From assembly GCA_977030845.1 (NCBI GenBank), contig OZ365110.1, positions 992,001 to 1,056,000 of the forward strand: DNA of 64,000 nucleotides. Direction: 5' to 3'. This DNA comes from Fimbriosthenelais zetlandica. Its lineage: Eukaryota. The notes beneath the pieces are model-generated. The model made no database searches. It saw only the letters and a program-made list of their open reading frames with translations, and was not told the origin of the DNA. The position numbers and the translations under genes are program-made. This document shows positions 43,591-55,980 of this stretch, in pieces. Each line of letters begins with the position of its first letter. Within the stretch, counting starts at the first letter, position 1.

Positions 43591-46500
43591 TCACACCTTT
43601 TGTCGCGACTTTTTGGTGGGTATATCTTTGCCTTTATATTTAAAGTAATCCTCGCCGATGTCTATAGTGTTACCGTTGTCAAACTTGCCGGTCCTCATGT
43701 CAGGCGTCATGGTTGACATGATCTTCCACTCTACCTGGCAGGTAATGATGATATGACTGCCCACCTGGCCTTCAGGTACGTGGGTGTGGAAGAACTTGGC
43801 GCTGTCCATGTATCCACGGCGGGCCAGGAACTTGTGGAGTTTGAGGTGAGTGGGGGAGTACATCACCAGGTGGGTGGGTAACGTAGACCGGTTTTTAGGG
43901 TAACGTTTAGCCATCCACTTTACAGGGTCCTGGAAAAACTGATCCGCTTCATCAACATAGTCAGCCTCACCGGCGAGGTTAGGTTCACACGTCAAAAACT
44001 CCATACTGACGTTACGGTGAAGATAGCTGAAAATAAACACAGTAACATTAAACTCCATACTGACGTTACGGTGAAGATAACTGAAAATAAACACAGTAAC
44101 ATTAAACTCCATACTGACGTTACGATGAAGATAACTGAAAATAAACACAGTCACATTAAACTCCATACTGACGTTACGATGAAGATAGCTGAAAATAAAT
44201 ACAGTCACATTAAACTCCATACTGACGTTACGGTGAAGATAGCTGAAAATAAATACAGTAATGTTAAACTCCATACTGACGTTACGGTGAAGATAGCTGA
44301 AAATAAATACAGTAATGTTAAACTCCATACTGACGTTACGGTGAAGATAGCTGAAAATAAACACAGTAATGTTAAACTCCATACTGACGTTACGGTGAAG
44401 ATAACTGAAAATAAATACAGTCACATTAAACTCCATACTGACGTTACGGTGAAGATAGCTGAAAATAAACACAGTAACGTTAAACTCCATACTGACGTTA
44501 CGGTGAAGATAGCTGAAAATAAACACAGTCACATTAAACTCCATACTGACGTTACGGTGAAGATAGCTGAAAATAAACACAGTAACATTAAACTCCATAC
44601 TGACGTTACGGTGAAGATAGCTGAAAATAAACACAGTAATGTTAAACTCCATACTGACGTTACGGTGAAGATAGCTGAAAATAAATACAGTAACGTTAAA
44701 CTCCATACTGACGTTACGGTGAAGGTAACTGAAAATAAATACAGTAACGTTAAACTCCATACTGACGTTACGGTGAAGGTAACTGAAAATAAACACAGTA
44801 ACGTTAAACTCCATACTGACGTTACGGTGAAGATAGCTGAAAATAAATACAGTAACGTTAAACTCCATACTGACGTTACGGTGAAGATAGCTGAAAATAA
44901 ACACAGTAACATTAAACTCCATACTGACGTTACGGTGAAGATAGCTGAAAATAAACACAGTAACATTAAACTCCATGCTGACGTTACGGTGAAGATAGCT
45001 GAAAATAAACACAGTAACATTAAACTCCATACTGACGTTACGGTGAAGATAGCTGAAAATAAATACATAAAATTAGAGGAGTTTAGGTATTTTAAGTGTT
45101 AATATTTTCAACTTTTTAATATCTATTTTAAAAGCCAGTCCATGAAGAAGACAGAAATCTGCCGAAATCAACACAAAATAGAACCAGTTTCTAGTGTAGA
45201 ATTCTGGTGTCCAATCAATTATAATTTGTTTAAATATTTTTTATATAATTTTACCTGTAGTAGGGCGTGGCGTGGCAGGGCGTTAGGAACAAGACGTTCA
45301 TCAGTCGTACATCTGTTTTGTATGTGTCGTCGTGGAGTCGTTTCATCACCTCTATACTGCCGCGCTGGTGGATCAGACTCGTGTACATGGCGAGAGGCAG
45401 GTTAGTAACGATCAGTGTTACCATCACAAACCAACGTCTGTAACAATAAAACAAGATAAAACAGGTAACCATGGCGAGAGGCAGGTTAGTAACGATCAGC
45501 GTTACCATCACAAACCAACGTCTGTAACAATAAAACATGATAAAACAGGTAACCATGGCGAGAGGCAGGTTAGTAACGATCAGTGTTACTATCACAAACC
45601 AACGTCTGTAACAATAAAACATGATAAAACAGGTAACCATGGCGAGAGGCAGGTTAGTAACGATCAGTGTTACCATGACAAACCAACGTCTGTAACAGTA
45701 AAACATCATAAAACAAGATAGAAAAAGGTAACCATGGCGAGAGGCAGGTTAGTAACGATCAACGTTACCATGACAAACCAACGTCTGTAACAATAAAACA
45801 TGATAAAACAGGTAACCATGGCGAGAGGCAGGTTAGTAACGATCAACGTTACTATCACAAACCAACGTCTGTAACAATAAAACATGATAAAACAGGTAAC
45901 CATGGCGAGAGGCTGGTTAGTAACGATCAACGTTACTATCACAAACCAACGTCTGTAACAATAAAACATGATAAAACAGGTAACCATGGCGAGAGGCAGG
46001 TTAGTAACGATCAACGTTACTATCACAAACCAACGTCTGTAACAATAAAACATGATAAAACAGGTAACCATGGCGAGCGGCAGGTTAGTAACGATCAACG
46101 TTACTATCACAAACCAACGTCTGTAACATAAGAGTATGAAGGGGGAAGTTATTATAGTAAGACAGGGGATAGGGAGAAACTTATTATTATAGCGCCACCA
46201 CTGAACTGTACTATGTCCCACCTAGTGTCAATACAGAGGGAGAGAGGGGGAGACTCTGGGAGAAACTTGTAGAGAAGGGGAGAGTGAGAAACTTATTACA
46301 GAAAGAGAGTGGGAGAGGGAGGAACTTATTAGAGAGAGAGGGAGGGAGAGGGCAACAGAACCGACCAAGGATTGAGATGATGGTCGCCCCTAGAGAGATA
46401 ATGCCCCGTGTGATGCAATATGATCGACAACAAAATAACAGATAAAGAATAAAGTGAATTGTACTGACCGAGCAGACCGGTTAGTGGTCGGTGTTTGCTG

Positions 46501-49500
46501 CTGGTTGACCGGTGAATCTCGCCCACTGACCGGTGAATCGTTGACCGGTGAATCGTTGACCGGTGAATCATTGACCAGTACCTCGTCGTGACAGACAGTA
46601 TACAGGTACTGACCACAGACGTGCATACAGAGCGGGAGGACGGGGAACAGGAACCGGAACTCCTTATGTTCTAATAAACTGAAAAAAAAACATGACTTAT
46701 TAACACGAAACATCGCATGTAAATCAGGCCCGTCAAAGATAAACAACTTCCAAAAGAAGGCTGTCTAGTGCTCCGTCTTCTGATTTATTGAAGGACCTCA
46801 TGATGACCTAATAAGGTGCACTGGGATTTAAGCTTTTAAGATTTAAGAGTACAAAGTTTGGGTTTCTGTAACAAAGGCATTTTATTGACACTATCTTAAC
46901 TTAATTTTTCTATAATCCATAAGGCATAGAACCAACATCCAAGTCGTATTGCCGCAAGAATTGTAGGGTATTGTGTCTGCAAATCCCTCTCGGGGCATAC
47001 ACCCACTAATCCAACATCTCAGTCAGTTCTATAGATCTATAAATGTTAAATATTTACACCTACCTGTATATGAAGACGGTCCAGGCTATGAGCCCCAGTA
47101 TGACTCTATGTGTGTAGGGGGGTGGTGGTGGTGTGTGTGTGTGTGGGGGGGGGGGGGGTATTATATATATTATATATTCCACCTACGTATATATATGAAG
47201 ACGGTCCAGGCTATGAGCCCCAGTATGACTCTATGTGTGTAGGGGGGTGGGGGGGGTTGTCGGGGGGGGGGGGGGGGGGGGTGTATTATATATATTATAT
47301 ATTCCACCTACCTGTATATAAAGACGGTCCAGGCTATGAGCCCCAGTATGACTCTATGTGTGTAGGAGGGGTGGGGGGGGTTGTCGGGGGGGGGGGGGTA
47401 TTATATATTATATATTCCACCTACCTGTAGATAAAGACGGTCCAGGCTATGAGCCCCAGTATGACTCTATGTGTGTAGGAGGGTGGGGGTGGTGGGGGGT
47501 GGGGGGGGGGGTGTATTATATATATTATATATTCCACCTACCTGTATATAAAGACGGTCCAGGCTATGAGCCCCAGTATGACTCTGTGAGACCCGTTCCT
47601 CGCACCCAGTATAAAGGGGAATAGATGAGTCCCCAGTATAACAGCCAGCCCCTGACTGAGGTACCAGTACCAGGGATGACTGCCATAAAACGCGCCGATA
47701 TTAGATAAAACGTTCAGCTCCAGGAAATTATAATGTACGTTCACCCAACGACCGTAACAAAGCTTATCAACGAGGGACGAGAAGCCCAGTACCATCACCC
47801 TACAAAAAACATCACAAAATATAAATAATCAACGAGGGAGGAGAAGCCGAGCACCATCACCCTGTAAAAAAAATATAAATTTTATATATGTTTTACTTAC
47901 AAACATTCATTTAAGTTTTTAAACTGATGGGTATCTAGTATTTTATAGACAGGATCCCATCATTCCATCAAAACCAAATTGCCTCATGTCTCCTAATGAG
48001 TTTAAAAAAAAATTTAGGATGATTATCTAGACCTAAATCTATTTAAACTATCTACAATTAAGCTCAAAAATGAACTATACGAAACTATTGAAACTAAGAC
48101 AGTAATATGGTCCAATCTAATTCCCTGATGTTCCTTTACTGGGACGTTTCACAATATTTCCCTGATGTTGTAGGATAGCTGGTAACCTTGACTATTTAAT
48201 ATAATATAATAAATGAGTGACACTCACCCCACACCCCCGTACAGCCGCACGTTAGACCAGACGTTGTGACGTTGTCTCCAGACGTGCCATAAACATAGAG
48301 GTGACCACAAGATGGCGGCCGTGGGGCGGACGACGACGGCCAGGGCGACGAGGGCGACGTACCGACCACTCCACCTCCTGATACAGAGAAAAATAGATAC
48401 ATATTATACATATATAACGACGGCCAGGGCGACGAGGGCGACGTACCGACCACTCCACCTCCTGATACAGAGAAAAATAGATACATATTATACATATATA
48501 ACGACGGCCAGGGCGACGAGGGCGACGTACCGACCACTCCACCTCCTGATACAGAGAAAAATAGATACATATTATACATATATAACGACGGCCAGGGCGA
48601 CGAGGGCGACGTACCGACCACTCCACCTCCTGATACAGAGAAAAATAGATACATATTATACATATATAACGACGGCCAGGGCGACGAGGGCGACGTACCG
48701 ACCACTCCACCTCCTGATACAGAGAAAAATAGATACATATTATACATATATAACGACGGCCAGGGCGACGAGGGCGACGTACCGACCACTCCACCTCCTG
48801 ATACAGAGAAAAATAGATACATATTATACATATATAACGACGGCCAGGGCGACGAGGGCGACGTACCGACCACTCCACCGCCTGATACAGAGAAAAATAG
48901 ATACATATTATACATATATAACGACGGCCAGGGCGACGAGGGCGACGTACCGACCACTCCACCTCCTGATACAGAGAAAAATAGATACATATTATACATA
49001 TATAACGACGGCCAGGGCGACGAGGGCGACGTACCGACCACTCCACCTCCTGATACAGAGACAAATAGATACATATTATACATATATAACGACGGCCAGG
49101 GCGACGAGGGCGACGTACCGACCACTCCACCTCCTGATACAGAGAAAAATAGATACATATTATACATATATAACGACGGCCAGGGCGACGAGGGCGACGT
49201 ACCGACCACTCCACCGCCTGATACAGAGAAAAATAGATACATATTATACATATATAACGACGGCCAGGGCGACGAGGGCGACGTACCGACCACTCCACCT
49301 CCTGATACAGAGAAAAATAGATACATATTATACATATATAACGACGGCCAGGGCCACGAGGGCGACGTACCGACCACTCCACCTCCTGATACAGAGACAA
49401 ATAGATACATATTATACATATATAACGACGGCCAGGGCCACGAGGGCGACGTACCGACCACTCCACCTCCTGATACAGAGAAAAATAGATACATATTATA

Positions 49501-52500
49501 CAATATAACGACGGCCAGGGCGACGAGGGCGACGTACCGACCACTCCACCTCCTGATACAGAGACAAATAGATACATATTATACAATATAACGACGGCCA
49601 GGGCGACGAGGGCGACGTACCGACCACTCCACCTCCTGATACAGAGAAAAATAGATACATATTATACATATATAACGACGGCCAGGGCGACGAGGGCGAC
49701 GTACCGACCACTCCACCTCCTGATACAGAGAAAAATAGATACATATTATACATATATAACGACGGCCAGGGCCACGAGGGCGACGTACCGACCACTCCAC
49801 CTCCTGATACAGAGAAAAATAGATACATATTATACATATATAACGACGGCCAGGGCCACGAGGGCGACGTACCGACCACTCCACCTCCTGATACAGAGAA
49901 AAATAGATACATATTATACATATATAACGACGGCCAGGGCGACGAGGGCGACGTACCGACCACTCCACCTCCTGATACAGAGAAAAATAGATACATATTA
50001 TACATATATAACGACGGCCAGGGCGACGAGGGCGACGTACCGACCACTCCACCTCCTGATACAGAGAAAAATAGATACATATTATACATATATAACGACG
50101 GCCAGGGCGACGAGGGCGACGTACCGACCACTCCACCTCCTGATACAGAGACAAATAGATACATATTATACAATATAACGACGGCCAGGGCGACGAGGGC
50201 GACGTACCGACCACTCCACCTCCTGATACAGAGAAAAATAGATACATATTATACATATATAACGACGGCCAGGGCGACGAGGGCGACGTACCGACCACTC
50301 CACCTCCTGATACAGAGAAAAATAGATACATATTATACATATATAACGACGGCCAGGGCCACGAGGGCGACGTACCGACCACTCCACCTCCTGATACAGA
50401 GACAAATAGATACATATTATACATATATAACGACGGCCAGGGCGACGAGGGCGACGTACCGACCACTCCACCTCCTGATACAGAGAAAAATAGATACATA
50501 TTATACATATATAACGACGGCCAGGGCGACGAGGGCGACGTACCGACCACTCCACCTCCTGATACAGAGAAAAATAGATACATATTATACATATATAACG
50601 ACGGCCAGGGCGACGAGGGCGACGTACCGACCACTCCACCTCCTGATACAGAGACAAATAGATACATATTATACATATATAACGACGGCCAGGGCCACGA
50701 GGGCGACGTACCGACCACTCCACCTCCTGATACAGAGAAAAATAGATACATATTATACATATATAACGACGGCCAGGGCGACGAGGGCGACGTACCGACC
50801 ACTCCACCTCCTGATACAGAGAAAAATAGATACATATTATACATATATAACGACGGCCAGGGCGACGAGGGCGACGTACCGACCACTCCACCTCCTGATA
50901 CAGAGAAAAATAGATACATATTATACATATATAACGACGGCCAGGGCGACGAGGGCGACGTACCGACCACTCCACCTCCTGATACAGAGAAAAATAGATA
51001 CATATTATACATATATAACGACGGCCAGGGCGACGAGGGCGACGTACCGACCACTCCACCTCCTGATACAGAGAAAAATAGATACATATTATACATATAT
51101 AACGACGGCCAGGGCGACGAGGGCGACGTACCGACCACTCCACCTCCTGATACAGAGACAAATAGATACATATTATACATATATAACGACGGCCAGGGCC
51201 ACGAGGGCGACGTACCGACCACTCCACCTCCTGATACAGAGAAAAATAGATACATATTATACATATATAACGACGGCCAGGGCGACGAGGGCGACGTACC
51301 GACCACTCCACCTCCTGATACAGAGAAAAATAGATACATATTATACATATATAACGACGGCCAGGGCGACGAGGGCGACGTACCGACCACTCCACCTCCT
51401 GATACAGAGAAAAATAGATACATATTATACATATATAACGACGGCCAGGGCGACGAGGGCGACGTACCGACCACTCCACCTCCTGATACAGAGAAAAATA
51501 GATACATATTATACATATATAACGACGGCCAGGGCGACGAGGGCGACGTACCGACCACTCCACCTCCTGATACAGAGAAAAATAGATACATATTATACAT
51601 ATATAACGACGGCCAGGGCGACGAGGGCGACGTACCGACCACTCCACCTCCTGATACAGAGAAAAATAGATACATATTATACATATATAACGACGGCCAG
51701 GGCGACGAGGGCGACGTACCGACCACTCCACCTCCTGATACAGAGAAAAATAGATACATATTATACATATATAACGACGGCCAGGGCGACGAGGGCGACG
51801 TACCGACCACTCCACCTCCTGATACCTCTAGATACATATTACATATTATAAAACGAGTTGAGTAGTCTTGAGTAAAAACATTCCTCATTCTTTCGCTATC
51901 TCTTTCTATACAGGGGTAGAGAAATAATTTTTTAGTCCACTGGTCAGGACCAGTAGGGGTAAAAATTCTACTGGTCCGCCTATCAGAAGCAACTGGCCAC
52001 AATATATGACCCTAGTTTCTTTAATATTACACCTTTTTGACATCATTCATATTTACACACAGCATGCAAAAATATAAAATATATTGTCTGAAATTTGTCA
52101 TTACTGTTTCACACAAAAAAAAATGAAACCTAACCCCCGACCACAAGCCTTATAATGGAATAGAGCAGATTGTTTGGCTACTGGCGTACTGTTAATTACT
52201 ATCCCGACATTATCACATGCTGGACATCGGGCTAGTAAGGTTATTTTTTTACAAGACCAAAACAAATTATTACTGGTCCTTGTCCTCGGACCAGTGGATT
52301 TCTCTACCCCTGCTATATCTTGGATAATATTGACCAGGTGCGCCCTTTTCGGACCCAAACGTTCACAATCTTTCTCTAGATACAATTTATAGAATAACTA
52401 GTTACTAGTAATACCCAAGCCCGAGGGGAGAACAGACGACTGTATTCAAAACCATGAACATTTGTATTGATTTCATATCTGCCAGAAAAACTGGTTTTAA

Positions 52501-54529
52501 AGTCGTCGTTTCCCATCGATTTGGGCAGGAACAGGACAATCCACTGAGAATGGAATGGAAGCCTAATAATATTTGAAGCCGACAGAAATATCAGATATGA
52601 AATGAAGATCTTACGCCTCAATTAATTTGGTATAATCTATGTTTTTCTAGGACTAAATAATTAAATATACTTCTGACCTATGAGTACCGGGCCAGGGGTA
52701 GTAGTATAAAGCTATAGTCGTGAGCGCCGTCTCCGTGCTGTTGGTTAACGTCCTGGTCGCCGCGTAGAATGTGAACCATGACGTCATCTGACAGAATAAC
52801 GTCCATAACGCCACACGCTGGTTATGTAACCTCCATGAAAACTTAAACAAGTAGAAATCAGCGGCGGCGGCGAGGACGGCCTGGAGAACGCGTGGTAACT
52901 TAATCTGAAACATAGAATATAAACATAATGAGAACTGAAAAATCAGAAAAAAAAGAGAAAATTATGAAAAATTGATGCACACTGACTAATAAACGATATA
53001 ATGAATATTGAAGGAAGTTTTTGGTTTATCTAGGTTTGGTGCCAACAAAAGATTTTAATCTAAATTCCCTGATTGTTCCCTGATATATTTTGTTGTGATT
53101 TTGTCTCAATTTTGACAGATTTTACAATACCAGTTACTAATTCTGCAGGAACTGATTTCCTGCAGTGTCTTTCTGAACTTCCTCACTCGGCCAAACTGCT
53201 ATCTCTGAATAAAGAGCGTACCAGTAAGATCCTGTAGTCGAGGTGAAGCAGGTGTAGAAGTTTATACAGACCCGCGAAGACGGAAGGGTAGACGTAGCTT
53301 CTGATACCGTGTTTCCACTCCCACGTCAGGTGACCATACCTACAACCAGTCAGTCATAAAGAGGGGTCGTGTTAGTGAGAGTTTATCAATGTATTAAAAG
53401 GTAATAATAAATTGGAAATTTTTTAAATTGAACTGATAACCTTTCAGAAGTCATAATTCCTTATGAGACAAATATAATACAATATCAAAAATATAAATGA
53501 AATAACAAATATAACAGTATATTCAGTGCATTATCAACTTTACACCTCGCATAACAGCCATGTTATTCCTGGTACAATTTCTACTATCGGTATTTCATGT
53601 TAAAATATATTGACTAATGTGGTCGCCTCGCATAAAGGCCAGAAACACTTTAGTTTTAGCTATGACACCTACCCGTACGCCATCTGGTGAGCGACCTCCA
53701 GTGACTGCCAGTACTCGTCAGGCACGAAGCTCGTCTGAATGAGCAGAGCATTTAGAACACGGAACGCGAGGAGACCCAGAAATAAAGTCCGCTCAGAGGC
53801 GAGGAGCAGGCGCAGAATGGCCGGACCAGACTGAAAAATAACATAGATGAGAAATAATGTACGCTCAGAGGCGAGGAGTAGGCGCAGAATGGCCGGACCA
53901 GACTGAAAAATAATAGATAAAGATGAGAAATAAAGTACGCTCAGAGGCGAGGAGGAGGCGCAGAATGGCCGGACCAGACTGAAAAATAATAGATAAAGAT
54001 GAGAAATAAAGTACGCTCAGAGGCGAGGAGGAGGCGCAGAATGGCCGGACCAGACTGAAAAATAATATTACTTTTTGAATGATCCAACCGTAACAATTGA
54101 CTGTGTTTTAACTCTTTTAAAGATTTGGAAGAATTTTCTGACAATTAAATTTCCAGTAAATCAATAATTTTGGGAAAACATCTTACAGTATAATCAACTG
54201 GTGAGATTTTATTAGACCAGATATATTAGGCCTATATTTAATTATTTTAGGCCTATATTAAATGAAAATAGATTAGAACTCAATTCAAGCATACATTTAT
54301 ACCAACACCCTCCCCCTATTAGGTAAAGGGGGGGGGGGGGGGGGGGGGGCTGGCTACATCAGTACTGACAAATATTTACCGTGATTTTGTCCATGCTGGG
54401 TTCCGCCTCCTCCTGACTGTCCCCCTCCTCCTCTGTCGACCTCCCCCGCCCCTGTAAGATCCCCATGTGTCGCCTCCGCCGTATGGTGGCAGCACTCTTA
54501 CTCTCCTTCACCGCTGACAGCTGAGACAT
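43591..54529 (-). CDS. PIGB: GPI mannosyltransferase 3, 9 coding exons, about 629 aa
   Basis: Exons 54380-54529, 53673-53830, 53222-53339, 52678-52904, 48228-48377, 47542-47799, 46469-46678, 45255-45437, 43591-44026, in phase. [82 protein letters not shown] possible extra in-frame first exon 54951-54974 encodes MSDAEAVK. Confidence 0.95.
43997..45066 (-). repeat. 54-bp array containing the PIGB last-exon acceptor, 20 copies
   Basis: tttattttcag|CTATCTTCACCGTAACGTCAGTATGGAGTTT; acceptors at 44027 + n x 54 up to 45053. Confidence 0.97.
45387..46127 (-). repeat. 84-bp array containing the PIGB exon 8 acceptor, 9 copies
   Basis: ttattgttacag|ACGTTGGTTTGTGATGGTAAC...GCCATG; one 95-bp unit. Confidence 0.95.
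47058..47590 (-). repeat. Array of 5 PIGB exon 6 donor copies separated by G/C-runs
   Basis: AGAGTCATACTGGGGCTCATAGCCTGGACCGTCTTTATATACAG|GTAGGT with exon end at 47542 (functional), 47425, 47312, about 47187, 47064. Confidence 0.92.
48334..51826 (-). repeat. 84-bp array containing the PIGB exon 5 acceptor, about 42 copies
   Basis: tttttctctgtatcag|GAGGTGGAGTGGTCGGTACGTCGCCCTCGTCGCCCTGGCCGTCGT. First acceptor 48378, last 51819; the distance 3441 equals 41 units with three 83-bp variants. Confidence 0.97.
51911..52312. mobile_element. MITE, 402 bp, perfect 15-bp terminal inverted repeats
   Basis: CAGGGGTAGAGAAAT at 51911 and ATTTCTCTACCCCTG ending 52312; subterminal ggaccagt/actggtcc motifs; CTATA on both flanks. 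Confidence 0.8.
53782..54066 (-). repeat. 72/76-bp array containing the PIGB exon 2 acceptor, 4 copies
   Basis: tatttttcag|TCTGGTCCGGCCATTCTGCGC at 53830 (functional), 53902, 53978, 54054. Confidence 0.93.
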
Positions 54530-55634
54530 CTACCGGGAAAAGAGAAAATCAGCATCAAACATCAATACACAAACCAAAAGTGAAAAGGTGACATGCTTGA
54601 GTAGCCTAACTTTTGAGTGGCCTAAGATTTACCTTTTATGATCCAACAATGGCATTGACACTTAGGCTAAATAGACACAGTAAGCCCTAGTATAGGCCCT
54701 AGCTGGTTGCACTTTCCTACAGTACTGTCAGTAGCCAGAATATGCCCACAGTCTAGACTAGTCTACAGTCGACACACTGAGTGAGTGACAGTGTCAGATC
54801 TGTGACCACACAACACCGATTTCCAGCCGATTCTTACAGAAAATATATTTAATTCGAACATGAACACAAGGATACCTAACTGTACAATCGATATAGTAGC
54901 AGAAACTGCCCTAAAATCATTTAAATTTATCAGAATTGAGGAATATTTACCTTCACGGCTTCAGCATCAGACATGTCAAGCCGACCGGAAGTTGTTACTG
55001 TGTCATCAGAAATAATGTCCCACAAGATGTTTGTAGAGAAACAAAAAACTTTAAAAACTGGCACAAAACTTAGCAAAACGCGTGTCATAAATGCTAATAA
55101 ACAGTTTGCGTCATTTTCGACGATCTGTACCTCATCTGAAACGAGTTTAGAGTTTGTTTACAAAACAGCGGTAAAAATGGCGACACATGTCACCGGCCGT
55201 GGTGTAACGGGTTGTAGTGTAGTTCACACTCTGCTCACAGCTGCCCGCCGCGGCGCTAGCTTGAGGTCGGGCGGGCTCTGAGTCGGAGACGGTCAGGTTA
55301 GACGACATTGTAGTAAAGATATTGTCCATTATGTTAGATTGTAGGCTTACAATAGACATTTACCAAATGAAACGACCTGGAAGGGGCGTAGGAAACAGGG
55401 GCGGAGGCGGGGGTAGGCCTACCCGCCCGCCTCCCGGGTCACACAAGGGGTTCTCATTGAAGAGTCCGGCTCTTATTCAACACACATTGATAATAAAACA
55501 TCAGTAGATATGATAATCTACTTATCTGATGACTGAATAGTGTTGTCATGCTAATTTAGAGCCAATTTTCATCTTTTTATCACAGTCGACAAGCAAGGTT
55601 TGATCTTCCTCACGCCGACCGGAAGTAGAATCGG

Positions 55635-55980
55635 AAGGCCACCTAGTACTATTACATTCACAACAAGCTACTTTCTTATTACACGTCCTTCCGCCAACAT
55701 TTTGCTATAAATCGCTTGTTAAAATTCAGTATATTTTATTCATTAAGAAATACTCGTCTATTACGTTGATTTTACCACCGCTTCATTGTGGTTAATGTGG
55801 TAAGGGGGCTGTAAGGCCACCTAGTAGTTAGTACATTCACAACAAGCTACTTTCTTATAACACGTCCTTCCACCAATATTTTGCTATAAATCGCTTGTTA
55901 AAATTAAGTGTATTTGATTCATTAAAAAATAATCGTCTATTATGTTGATTTTTCTACCGTTTCATTGTGGTTAATGTGCT
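55635..55980. repeat. About 170-bp direct duplication upstream of PIGB
   Basis: aaggccacctagta...cattgtggttaatgtg at 55635 and 55813, slightly diverged; flanked by ACCGGAAGT motifs. Confidence 0.85.

Noticed and set aside
44017-45102. 361-aa plus-strand ORF (KIAENKHSN repeats)
   Set aside because: Antisense reading of the 54-bp array; its residues vary freely, showing no constraint.
48196-52002. Very long ORFs (398-807 aa) on both strands
   Set aside because: They are translations of the 84-bp array in frames other than the PIGB frame; they have no independent gene structure.
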